Shown in pieces: positions 38,473-47,222 of a DNA stretch of 63,611 nucleotides. The position numbers were made by a program, and so were the translations under genes. The stretch covers positions 1 to 63,611 of the forward strand of contig JAWAXL010000002.1 of the NCBI GenBank assembly GCA_038820405.1. Direction: 5' to 3'. Every line of letters starts with the position of its first letter. Position 1 is the first letter of the stretch. The notes beneath the pieces are model-generated. The model searched no databases. It saw only the letters and a program-made list of their open reading frames with translations, and had not been told where the DNA came from. This DNA comes from Candidatus Bathyarchaeia archaeon. GTDB lineage: Archaea; Thermoproteota; Bathyarchaeia; Bathyarchaeales; DTEX01.

Positions 38473-38475
38473 ATG

Positions 38476-38961
38476 CTACACCTCAAGATACCGTTTTTTA
38501 TTAAACTCCCAAGCCTCCTTCCTTAAGGTAACCCTAATTGCTTGAGGGGAGCAGAATTTCGCACACTTGGGGTCACCGTCACAGAAGTTGCATTTTATGG
38601 TGATACGTCGTTCAGGGTTAAACCATGGGGCCGATAATGGGCAGGTAACGGTACACGTCTTGCATCCAATGCACCTCAGCGGGTTTATCTTCACTAGACC
38701 CGTTACCTCATCTTTCACGGCCGCCTCATTTGGGCATACCGCGACACATAAGGGCTCGTCGCAATGCTGGCAGTAGATCGCCTCAAATTCTCCAGTCTTC
38801 TCATCAAATATTATTCGTAAGTTTACCTTCTCTAAGCCAATCTCCCTGAAGTGCTGATAGGAACAAGCGATCTGGCAAAAGAGACAACCAGTACATTTGG
38901 TAGGATCATATAGAAGAACTTTTTGTTCAGATGTGCTGGCTTTCATGGGCTCTTTCCTCAA
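38476..38961 (-). CDS. HycB/HydN-like polyferredoxin (four Cys clusters)
   Basis: CTGCLFCQIACS, CQHCDEPLCVAVCP, CIGCKTCTVTCP and CNFCDGDPKCAKFCSP. Confidence 0.85.
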   Translation of the reverse strand: MRKEPMKASTSEQKVLLYDPTKCTGCLFCQIACSYQHFREIGLEKVNLRIIFDEKTGEFEAIYCQHCDEPLCVAVCPNEAAVKDEVTGLVKINPLRCIGCKTCTVTCPLSAPWFNPERRITIKCNFCDGDPKCAKFCSPQAIRVTLRKEAWEFNKKRYLEV

Positions 38962-39046
38962 TTCTTTAATTTTAAATCATATATACTTTAAGTTTGAGGT
39001 ATTTTAGGTTTTCCTTAAGATCTGAAAGAGTTAACTTTTTAATCAT

Positions 39047-39568
39047 GTGTCCATAAAAATTCGATTGATGTTGATCGAAAATGAGCTTAAATCTTGGCTG
39101 AGTGGGTATCAAAAACTCATTATTCTTGGAGTCGGCAATCCTCTTAGAGGAGACGATTCCTTGGGATTGGCAATCTTAAAGAGAATAAGGAGGAAGGTTC
39201 CAGAAAATACTAAGATAATATATGGTGGCATAGCCCCAGAAAATTTTATTAGTAAAATGAAAATGTTTAAGCCGTCGCATGTCCTTATAATTGACGCAGC
39301 CCTCTTCGGCGGAGAACCTGGTGAGGCTAGGCTTATTTTATCTGAGCAGATACCTGATATTACCGTATCCACACATGCCATACCACTTAACCTACTGGCA
39401 TGGTTAATTCAAAAGGAAACTAATGCAAAAATTGCTTTACTGGGAATCGAACCGAAAAATCTTGGTTTAGGGGAGGGAGTTAGTCGAGAGGTTAGAGAGG
39501 CTATTGAGAAGTGCGCCAGAATGTTAATAGATGTAATAAATGGAGGCCGAAACATGACTGTAATTTAA
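39047..39568 (+). CDS. hycI: Hydrogenase maturation endopeptidase (HycI-type)
   Basis: ILGVGNPLRGDDSLGLAI plus a downstream D/H metal ligand pattern (IIDAALFG, STHAIPL). Divergent from the hydrogenase operon. The start is uncertain: GTG at 39047 or ATG at 39068. Confidence 0.85.
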   Translation: MSIKIRLMLIENELKSWLSGYQKLIILGVGNPLRGDDSLGLAILKRIRRKVPENTKIIYGGIAPENFISKMKMFKPSHVLIIDAALFGGEPGEARLILSEQIPDITVSTHAIPLNLLAWLIQKETNAKIALLGIEPKNLGLGEGVSREVREAIEKCARMLIDVINGGRNMTVI

Positions 39569-40356
39569 ACAAAATGCATTAATTCAGTAAGGCTTGGCAT
39601 ATGGATGAAAAAGCACACATATAGGGAAAGAATAAGTATCATAACTGAGATTAAAATGAAAAGATAATCTTTCATGCCAATTTTAAGTGAGTATAAGTTT
39701 GTACGCTTTTTTGATGCACCCCAAGCTCTGGACTCCATGGCCTCAGCAAGCTCCATGCTCCTTCTTATAGCGCTGACTATGAGTGGTATCAAGATTGGTA
39801 TATAATTCCTTGTTCTTTTTATGAAGTTTCCCTGCTCAAGTTCTAATCCGCGTGCCTTCTGAGCATCCATTATTGTCTGCGCCTCCTCAGCCAAAACTGG
39901 GACGAAGCGGATAGCTGTCGTGAACGCGAAGCAGAACGTGTATGGGACTCCCATCTGCTCTAGGGATAAACCGAGCATGTCTGGGGAGGTGGTTGCAAAA
40001 AATATTGAGAAGGACTCAATTAAGATAAGGAATCTAAGAGTCATAGCTAGAGAATGTTCTATAATTGGTGCCAAGGATGGATAACCGCCGTAAAAGTGTA
40101 GTGAAACAGTATTTGCGATAAAAATTATTGCCGCGAAGAATATTGAGCCCCTCATTAGACGTATCCATTCTCTCTTAATCCTAGCTATTATGACCAGTGG
40201 CATCTGAGAGAAGAATAGTATTAGGAGCGGCATCAACCGAACGAATAACACTGCTATAGCAAAGAAGACGCACACGTATAAAAACTTGGCTCTTGGGTCG
40301 ATCCTATGTATTGGCGAAGAAATATTCCTAAACCTTAAGCCCTCAAATATGCTCAT
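39565..40356 (-). CDS. ecfT: ECF transporter transmembrane (T) component, CbiQ/EcfT family
   Basis: Polytopic, with the conserved cytoplasmic helices containing DAQKARGLEL. Stop overlaps the hycI stop region. Coupled to two ECF ATPases. Confidence 0.82.
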   Translation of the reverse strand: MSIFEGLRFRNISSPIHRIDPRAKFLYVCVFFAIAVLFVRLMPLLILFFSQMPLVIIARIKREWIRLMRGSIFFAAIIFIANTVSLHFYGGYPSLAPIIEHSLAMTLRFLILIESFSIFFATTSPDMLGLSLEQMGVPYTFCFAFTTAIRFVPVLAEEAQTIMDAQKARGLELEQGNFIKRTRNYIPILIPLIVSAIRRSMELAEAMESRAWGASKKRTNLYSLKIGMKDYLFILISVMILILSLYVCFFIHMPSLTELMHFV

Positions 40357-41180
40357 TACACAACCCTGCCGCGAAACCTCTCGATAATTAAACGCTTAGC
40401 TTCGTATACCCCTAGAACTTTTCTTGGGAAGCCTAGATCATTGAGTCTCATGAATACTTGTGTTATCTCAGGCGGTATTAGGGATGCTTCCTTCATTAAG
40501 GCTGGGTCGGTAAGAGCCTCCCTAGCATCTCCGTCAGCGATTATCCTACCACTAGCCATAAGGATTATCCTCGGCTCACACTCAGCGACAAACTCTATAT
40601 CATGTGTCACCACTATTACAGTCTTGCCCTGCTGGTTCAGATGGGCTATAAAGTGCCGGAGTTTTTCCTTCTGGTATGCATCCTGCCCTATAGTTGGCTC
40701 ATCAAGTATCAGTATTTTTGGGTCCCATGCTAATACTGATGCTAAGGCAACTCTCTTCCTCCCCCCACCACTAAGCATGAATGGTGAAGTTTTACGATAT
40801 TGCGTTAAATCTAGGAGGTTGAGCGCCCAATCAACCCTCTCCTTGATTGTCTCTTCGTTAAAACCAAAGTTCTTCAGAGCAAAGGCAATTTCCTCCTCAA
40901 CTGTTTCGCTAAATAGTTGGTGATCTGGATTCTGAAAGACGAAACCTACTTTTCTGGCAAGCTGGGCTACACTAACGCTCCTCGTATCGACACCATCTAC
41001 CAACACTCTTCCTTTAGTTGGCTTTAGTAAACCAATAAAGTGCTTAACTAGTGTAGTTTTGCCCGCTCCGTTCTGCCCCATTATTGCGACAAACTCTCCA
41101 TCAGCTATTTCAACTGATACTCCCCTAAGGGCCTCGACGCCACTAGGATATATAAAGTAAACATCCTCAGCCTCTATCAA
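40356..41180 (-). CDS. ecfA: ECF transporter ATPase component
   Basis: Walker A GQNGAGKTTL, signature LSGGGRKRVALA, Walker B ILILDEPT. Confidence 0.9.
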   Translation of the reverse strand: MIEAEDVYFIYPSGVEALRGVSVEIADGEFVAIMGQNGAGKTTLVKHFIGLLKPTKGRVLVDGVDTRSVSVAQLARKVGFVFQNPDHQLFSETVEEEIAFALKNFGFNEETIKERVDWALNLLDLTQYRKTSPFMLSGGGRKRVALASVLAWDPKILILDEPTIGQDAYQKEKLRHFIAHLNQQGKTVIVVTHDIEFVAECEPRIILMASGRIIADGDAREALTDPALMKEASLIPPEITQVFMRLNDLGFPRKVLGVYEAKRLIIERFRGRVV

Positions 41181-42021
41181 GTTTAAGCACCTCCATAATC
41201 AGTTCAGAGGTCTCATCGGGGCTTAGTGGAACTTTGCCGAGTTCAACTCCATCCTCCCTTAATGCATGATAGAGCCTAATAACCTTCGGTATCCCAACGC
41301 CAACTAACCTAATTCTATCATCTAAAAAGACTTTTTTCGGCTCATCATCTATGATGATGCGACCTCGATCCATAATAATGATACGACTGGCATATTTAAC
41401 GGCTAGATCTAATCTATGCTCAACAAGTATTACCGTCTTTCCCAGCTCCAAATTCAGCTGATGGATAGTTTCTAGGATATTTCTGGCGCTTAATGGATCG
41501 AGGAATGATGTGGGCTCATCTAGTACAATGATCTCGGGCTGCATTGCGAGGACTGACGCTATGGCCACCCTCTGCTGCTGCCCACCAGAAAGCTCAAATG
41601 GAGCCTTATCCCTTAAATTATATATTCCAGTAACCTTTAATGCCCATTCAACTCTCCTTCGAATCTCGTCTCTAGGAAGGCCGAGATTTTCCAGCCCAAA
41701 GGCCACATCCTTCTCCACTGTTAGGGCGAACAGCTGGTTCTCTGGGTTCTGAAAGACTAAACCAACGTGCTTTGCAAGCTCGTAAATGGGATGCTCCGTC
41801 GTTTTTAATCCGACGACTATTACCTCGCCCTTAAGCCTACCACCATAGAAGTGTGGTATAAGTCCATTAAAGCATCTACAAAGCGTAGTCTTCCCGCACC
41901 CACTAGGACCAGTAAGAAGGACGAACTCCCTTCTTTCAATCGCCAAATTTATATCCTCAATCGCCGTCTTCTCGGAGTTTGGGTATATATATGATAGGTT
42001 TCTTGCCTCAAGGATTGTCAA
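41167..42021 (-). CDS. ecfA: ECF transporter ATPase component
   Basis: Walker A GPSGCGKTTL, signature LSGGQQQRVAIA, Walker B IIVLDEPT. Confidence 0.9.
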   Translation of the reverse strand: MTILEARNLSYIYPNSEKTAIEDINLAIERREFVLLTGPSGCGKTTLCRCFNGLIPHFYGGRLKGEVIVVGLKTTEHPIYELAKHVGLVFQNPENQLFALTVEKDVAFGLENLGLPRDEIRRRVEWALKVTGIYNLRDKAPFELSGGQQQRVAIASVLAMQPEIIVLDEPTSFLDPLSARNILETIHQLNLELGKTVILVEHRLDLAVKYASRIIIMDRGRIIIDDEPKKVFLDDRIRLVGVGIPKVIRLYHALREDGVELGKVPLSPDETSELIMEVLKLDRG

Positions 42022-42158
42022 AGTATAGTTGCACCTTAACTATCTTTCACCAAGCATATTTAAAGAAAACTATGGTAATTTAAACTCTTGTATAAAGACT
42101 ATTAACTATTTATATATAGTAATGATATGGAAAACAATTTTAAGTTTTCTCGCCCTAT

Positions 42159-43169
42159 ATGATTGATGGTTGTTCCCCTTTGAGGATCAAATGGGAGAAT
42201 GGAATATCCATAGAGTATGAGGAAAGCAAGGTAGTTTTTGACTTCCAGTCTAGGGTCCTGAATTGTAGGGCTTCGTTTGTAACCCACGCGCACGCAGATC
42301 ACGCGTACTCCTTTAGGCTTAGACAGATACCAGTATTCTCATCTGAGGAAACTATGAAGCTGATCTCGGCACATGGTGTTAAGGCTAATAGGTGGCAGCC
42401 CCTAGCCATAAACAGGAGGGTGAAGATAGACGATATAGAAGTGGTGCCCCATTCGTCAGGCCACATCCTTGGCTCATATGAGTTTGAAGTGCACATGCCT
42501 GATGGAATAGTCCTATTTACAGGTGACCTTAACACTAGAGAGGAGAGGCTCATAAAGCCAGCTGAACCAGTAAAGTGTGATATACTTATTATTGAGGCGA
42601 CATACGGATCACCCGAGTTTATTTTTCCATCAGATAAAGATGTTACAGAAGATATGATTAGATGGGCAGAAGAAGTGTTAAGCAAGGGTAAGATTCCAGC
42701 ATTTCAGGCAGACGCTATTGGAAACTCTCAGGAGGTAATAAGAATCTTTAATGAGAATACTGGTATACCAGTTATATCCCACTGGAAAGTTTCAATGGTT
42801 AATAAGATTTACGGGAGCTATGGACTTAGGATAGACTATATTGATATTAATTCTAAGGAGGCTTCTGAACTCATCTCTAAAACAGACGCTGTAATCGTTG
42901 CCCCAAAGGAACCAAGTTTATTCTCAAATGACAGATTTGCACTGGCAGTAGTTTCAGGGTGGGCTATAAAATTTAAACGTAGATCTTTTCCCCTAAGTGA
43001 CCATGCAGACTTCCCAAGCCTGCTAGAATTCATCAAAGAATGTAGCCCAAAGCTAGTCTTAACATACCATGGCGGAGAACATAATAAAATTCTAGCCAGG
43101 TATATTGAGAAAAAGATGGGGGTAAGGTCCTACCCAATCAACCTAATACCGACAAACTTCTCGATCTAA
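42159..43169 (+). CDS. MBL-fold / beta-CASP-like hydrolase (probable nuclease)
   Basis: Metallo-beta-lactamase motif THAHADHAYS, later SGH and GD, C-terminal SDHAD. The size (336 aa) resembles short beta-CASP exonucleases. Confidence 0.6.
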   Translation: MIDGCSPLRIKWENGISIEYEESKVVFDFQSRVLNCRASFVTHAHADHAYSFRLRQIPVFSSEETMKLISAHGVKANRWQPLAINRRVKIDDIEVVPHSSGHILGSYEFEVHMPDGIVLFTGDLNTREERLIKPAEPVKCDILIIEATYGSPEFIFPSDKDVTEDMIRWAEEVLSKGKIPAFQADAIGNSQEVIRIFNENTGIPVISHWKVSMVNKIYGSYGLRIDYIDINSKEASELISKTDAVIVAPKEPSLFSNDRFALAVVSGWAIKFKRRSFPLSDHADFPSLLEFIKECSPKLVLTYHGGEHNKILARYIEKKMGVRSYPINLIPTNFSI

Positions 43170-44193
43170 GCCATTTTTTAACGACCAGAACAATAGATAC
43201 CGCTAAAATCAACATGGTCAATGGGGTTGCAGCCATAAACTCTGGGATAATTAGGCCGCTGAAGGTTAATGAGAGCTTATTAACTGATGTTGGGTCATTT
43301 GCGAAGCTAAATTGTGCCATTAATTGCACGGGTGGTTGAGGTGGGGTGGGATTGACAAGCCAGCCCCTCATCTGCGTCGGTGGGCTCACGAGGCCTGGCT
43401 CCGAGGATACATAGGAGACAGTATCGTTGGAGAGAACAATGAACTGAACTGTTGATACAAACCAACCCCCATACGAAGCATATTCTGATGGTGCAAGCGA
43501 ATCCACATTGAGCAGCTCTAGGATATCTATTTTATGTGGTCCCATACCGGTTGGTACGCTGGTGGAATAGCCTACTGTCATATAGTAGATCCATTCAAAG
43601 CCGCCGCTCTCCTTGCCAGCGCTAACCTTAACAATAGCTTCCATCTTACTGCTCATGGGGAGAAATGTTAATGTAAAGCCGCCTAAGTCTGGGGCCAAGC
43701 ATCTCTCCATAAGCCAGCTTAGATATCCAGTTAGATCGCTCTTCCCAGGCCCAGTATATGACACGTAAACATAGGTATCTTCGGTTTCGGTGGAGTTATA
43801 TGTGAATGTGAAGCCCATATTAAAGGCAGTTTCTATGGAGCCCTTAACGGCATCCGCAAGCGACCTTGCGGTCGCGGCATCGGTATTATTGAAGCCAATA
43901 ACTAATCCTGAAGCCTCCCTAGAAAATCCGACTACAATTAGGACGGCGTCGGTTAATTCGCCTCTGCTCATATCTACTCCTGGTGGAAAGTGCACAAGTG
44001 AGACGTCTGCTGAATATATTGTGCTAAATATCGTGAGTTCAGCTGTTGTACAATTTACTGTGACTGAAATGCTCTCCGCAAAGGATGGACCCTCCTCATT
44101 AACAGCATTAACCACCGGTATATCTGTTCTATAGGTCAGAAAAACGCTCAAGAAAACCAAGAATATCAATATTAAAGTCTTATGTTTTCTCAT
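43138..44193 (-). CDS. Secreted/surface protein with PEF-CTERM-type archaeosortase sorting signal
   Basis: Start moved to MRKHKTLILIFLVFLSVFL (signal peptide). Several N-x-S/T sequons (NCT, NNT, NST, NDT) and a Pro-rich linker PTPPQPP. The C-terminus is IIPEF + TM (MAATPLTMLILAVSIVLVV) + KKWLRSRS. Confidence 0.75.
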   Translation of the reverse strand: MRKHKTLILIFLVFLSVFLTYRTDIPVVNAVNEEGPSFAESISVTVNCTTAELTIFSTIYSADVSLVHFPPGVDMSRGELTDAVLIVVGFSREASGLVIGFNNTDAATARSLADAVKGSIETAFNMGFTFTYNSTETEDTYVYVSYTGPGKSDLTGYLSWLMERCLAPDLGGFTLTFLPMSSKMEAIVKVSAGKESGGFEWIYYMTVGYSTSVPTGMGPHKIDILELLNVDSLAPSEYASYGGWFVSTVQFIVLSNDTVSYVSSEPGLVSPPTQMRGWLVNPTPPQPPVQLMAQFSFANDPTSVNKLSLTFSGLIIPEFMAATPLTMLILAVSIVLVVKKWLRSRSLSVLG

Positions 44194-44230
44194 ATCAAGT
44201 CTCACCACGTAGGAGACTATACCATCTTTT

Positions 44231-45262
44231 TTATTTATAAGACTTTCCAAAAATGGCATCCTTGGATTTTCTTTTACTCCATAGGGATTGTGCAGCAATT
44301 ATTACTAGTTGATAGGCTAAAATCCACATTACCGAGAATAATGGCCCATAATAATCGTGGAAGCGCTGAACCTCTGGAGAAGTAACACCATGCTTAGTAG
44401 CTATAGTAAAGACCATGACTATTCTAAGGGCATTGATAATATATGTTATTACGGCCCCTATCAAAAAATATAGTATTTTCAGCCTACGTGGAAGCGTGCT
44501 GTCACTTAAAAATAGAGCAGTTATAACTGAATATAATATGAGGCCTTCCACGCCTGAGCATGGCCAGGTTATGCCAAATGTGGCCTCACCCTTATCGCTC
44601 CAAACCTTTAAGGCAGTCGCTCCATAAATTTGTCCCCTCAACTCAACATTATAGCCAATTAATGAGAGGATGCTGGATGCGAGTATGGAGGTGGCTGGAA
44701 CGAGCATCTGAAATAGCGTAAATTCACCAAATGGATAAAGGTTATCTATGATGAAGATTATGCCTATAGCCCATAAAAGAGAGATTGGAGGCGCAAGATA
44801 TCTTAGACCCCTTCTTCCATAAGCCAAGATCACTATTAGTAAGAAGAGAGACGCTAAGATAATATATTCTATAGTGAGGGGCATGCTCTCCGCCCATACA
44901 CTCATCCCATAATGCTTAGGAAAAACATTCATAATCTCCCTATTAAGCCCAGAGAAAGATGCGATCACTACATATATAGTAGGCAAAAGAGTGACTACAA
45001 TTAATGCTGAAAAGCGCTTAGACTTCAATGAATGAACCTTCACATCAATCTTCTCCCAATTCAATATAAACTCAAGAAAAACCAACCATAGAAAGAAAAT
45101 ATAATATGCTCTCCCTTTCCATGTTACCTCATAGGATTCTAGATATAAAAAATAAAGCGTTATGAGGGAAACTGTGGAGGAGAGAATAAAGGAAATTTTC
45201 ACTAAATTTGAGAGCCGCATGAGAGCCGAGATTCTATCCCTTAATCTGCAACTCAGTCCCAA
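44231..45262 (-). CDS. Archaeosortase (exosortase/archaeosortase family transpeptidase)
   Basis: Polytopic membrane protein with family hallmarks: catalytic ITWPCSGVEGL, INALRIVMVF (Arg) and FHDYYGPLF (His). It lies immediately upstream of the PEF-CTERM protein. Confidence 0.8.
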   Translation of the reverse strand: MGLSCRLRDRISALMRLSNLVKISFILSSTVSLITLYFLYLESYEVTWKGRAYYIFFLWLVFLEFILNWEKIDVKVHSLKSKRFSALIVVTLLPTIYVVIASFSGLNREIMNVFPKHYGMSVWAESMPLTIEYIILASLFLLIVILAYGRRGLRYLAPPISLLWAIGIIFIIDNLYPFGEFTLFQMLVPATSILASSILSLIGYNVELRGQIYGATALKVWSDKGEATFGITWPCSGVEGLILYSVITALFLSDSTLPRRLKILYFLIGAVITYIINALRIVMVFTIATKHGVTSPEVQRFHDYYGPLFSVMWILAYQLVIIAAQSLWSKRKSKDAIFGKSYK

Positions 45263-45426
45263 TTAAACTCTACCTCACACCATCAAATACATAAACCAAC
45301 TCATAATTTTTCACTTAGACAAATATGAGAATAGGAGAGGGGAGAGGCTAGGTCTAGAAAACAGTCCTATAATCCAATAATTAAGCAATAAGCACAGGTA
45401 ACTCTAACAACATGGATTATAATACC

Positions 45427-46443
45427 TTATGCCTGTATCTGGCGCTGAGAACATTTAAGCTTCTTCCTCAATATCCTAGCAGCAAATTTAAAGGCAGTTT
45501 CAAGGTCCCCCCTACCATTAACTCCCGCTGATGTTGTGTGTCCACCACCCATACCCTGCAGAAGCTGGCCTAGTGGGGCTGCTATGTCCTTGCCGAGATG
45601 TATGCTAGTTTTATTATAGAACTCATTACTTGACCTCATGCTAATCAGCAACTCGCCCTTATCTTCAGAGCCAACTATGGCGACATCGGCGCCAACGTCT
45701 ATAAGAGCCCTAGCTGCCGATGCCTGGAAGGATCCAACGCGGGAGAACGCTATGATCCAGCCATATATTCTCATGGTCTCAATCCTCTTACAGGCCTTAA
45801 GTCTAGCTATACGCTCTGAGACGTCCATAGGCACCGTTAGGATTTGTATATTCTCTTGAACGTCTATACCTAGATCCACAATTTCAGAGATAACTTTAAA
45901 TGTGGATGACCTAGCTAATGTGAAGTGCCTAGTATCAAAAGCTATTCCTAAAAGTAGGGCCTCGGCTACATCCTTTGATGGTTTAACATCAGCTTCCTTA
46001 AACAATTCATAAATTATTTCACAAGTGGCTGAGGAGTTCTCCCTACATATATATAATGTCATGATTCTCTCTGTCTCTAGGTGAGGTGCATGGTGGTCGA
46101 TCATGATTATCGGCGCTGATGTCTCACATATATGCTCGCCCCACTCACCTAATTGGCGCAGGGTATTGGTATCCAACACAAATATGACATCGAATGCCTT
46201 GAAGTCCGGCTCCTCATGGGTAACTTCCATTGGGAACCTCTCTAATATAATCTTTGAAATTTTACTCACGCTCTCTGGAACTGCCACGACAATCTCTATG
46301 CCTGGTTTAAATATACTTAATAGATTAGAGAGAGTATATGATGAGCATACCGCATCTGGGTCGGCATTTTTATGACATAAAATAAGAATATGCCTCGCAT
46401 TTCTCTCATTGAGAATACTCATTATTTCTCTAAATGGCTTCAT
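45427..46443 (-). CDS. DHH/DHHA1 phosphoesterase (NrnA-like)
   Basis: ILCHKNADPDAVCS, VLDTN, IMIDHH and GGGHTTSAG motifs. Confidence 0.8.
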   Translation of the reverse strand: MKPFREIMSILNERNARHILILCHKNADPDAVCSSYTLSNLLSIFKPGIEIVVAVPESVSKISKIILERFPMEVTHEEPDFKAFDVIFVLDTNTLRQLGEWGEHICETSAPIIMIDHHAPHLETERIMTLYICRENSSATCEIIYELFKEADVKPSKDVAEALLLGIAFDTRHFTLARSSTFKVISEIVDLGIDVQENIQILTVPMDVSERIARLKACKRIETMRIYGWIIAFSRVGSFQASAARALIDVGADVAIVGSEDKGELLISMRSSNEFYNKTSIHLGKDIAAPLGQLLQGMGGGHTTSAGVNGRGDLETAFKFAARILRKKLKCSQRQIQA

Positions 46444-46766
46444 TTAACTCCTCCTGGAGCCTCTTGGCATCTAATTTTCCTAAGATATTTTTCGATGACC
46501 TCGAAGGCAGCTTTAACAGAACCATCCGCTATCTCTTGGATGTTTAATTTTTTATATAGAGGAGAGAGCTCTATCTCAACTTCAACATTTACATTTAATG
46601 TATCAAGTCCCTCTAGATAAACAGAGATAAACAAAACTGAAACGTACTCCCTCTTAACCCTAGAAAAAATGTATCTTCTCACAGCTTCCTCGGCAGCTTC
46701 ACAGATCCCCTCTAACTCCTCATAAGTTAAGGAGGAAAGTGGCCGCTCGCTCAAGTTAAGCACCAC
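46440..46766 (-). CDS. Conserved small archaeal protein of unknown function
   Basis: 108 aa, translationally coupled (overlap) to the DHH gene and placed just downstream of pfdB. No motif assigned with confidence. Confidence 0.45.
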   Translation of the reverse strand: MVLNLSERPLSSLTYEELEGICEAAEEAVRRYIFSRVKREYVSVLFISVYLEGLDTLNVNVEVEIELSPLYKKLNIQEIADGSVKAAFEVIEKYLRKIRCQEAPGGVK

Positions 46767-46783
46767 GGTCGATGGGCTTAAGT

Positions 46784-47140
46784 TTACGTAGCCGGGCGTA
46801 AGTCCTTTTGAATCTTCTCTTGAAGCTCCTTTATCTGACCTCTTAATCTTTCTTCCTGTTTAGTTAGGACGGATACCCTCATTGTAGCCAGCTCTTTTCT
46901 CTCAGTAAGCTCGCTGGTGACCTTAGCCTTATCTGTCCTAATTAACAATGAGCCGATAGACTTGTAGACCACGACGTCATCCGGCGCCTTATCAAGCTCG
47001 CTGAGTGCTCTATCAATCTCGAGGATCTCTAGGTCGAGCTGCTGCTTCTGCGCTAAAATAGTCTGAAGGGTTTCCTGGAGCTGCTGTAGCCTAAGGAGCC
47101 TTTCTTGAACTGCTGGCGGTAGCTGAGCTTCTCCACTCAT
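46784..47140 (-). CDS. pfdB: Prefoldin beta subunit
   Basis: 118 aa: coiled coil (LPPAVQERLLRLQQLQETLQ), beta hairpins (VYKSIGSLLIRTDK), coiled coil. Confidence 0.88.
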   Translation of the reverse strand: MSGEAQLPPAVQERLLRLQQLQETLQTILAQKQQLDLEILEIDRALSELDKAPDDVVVYKSIGSLLIRTDKAKVTSELTERKELATMRVSVLTKQEERLRGQIKELQEKIQKDLRPAT

Positions 47141-47222
47141 ATATTTCTCATCACCACTACCAATTATTAATCAAGATTTAATATCTTAAGGATGATCCAA
47201 TTAAAGGTTTCCAAAAAGGTAG

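Noticed and set aside
39565-42021. Annotating the ECF module as a nickel or cobalt transporter because of its position next to hycI
   Set aside because: No CbiM/CbiN or NikM/NikN gene is present, and A and T components are not substrate-specific. Only the generic ECF call is supported.
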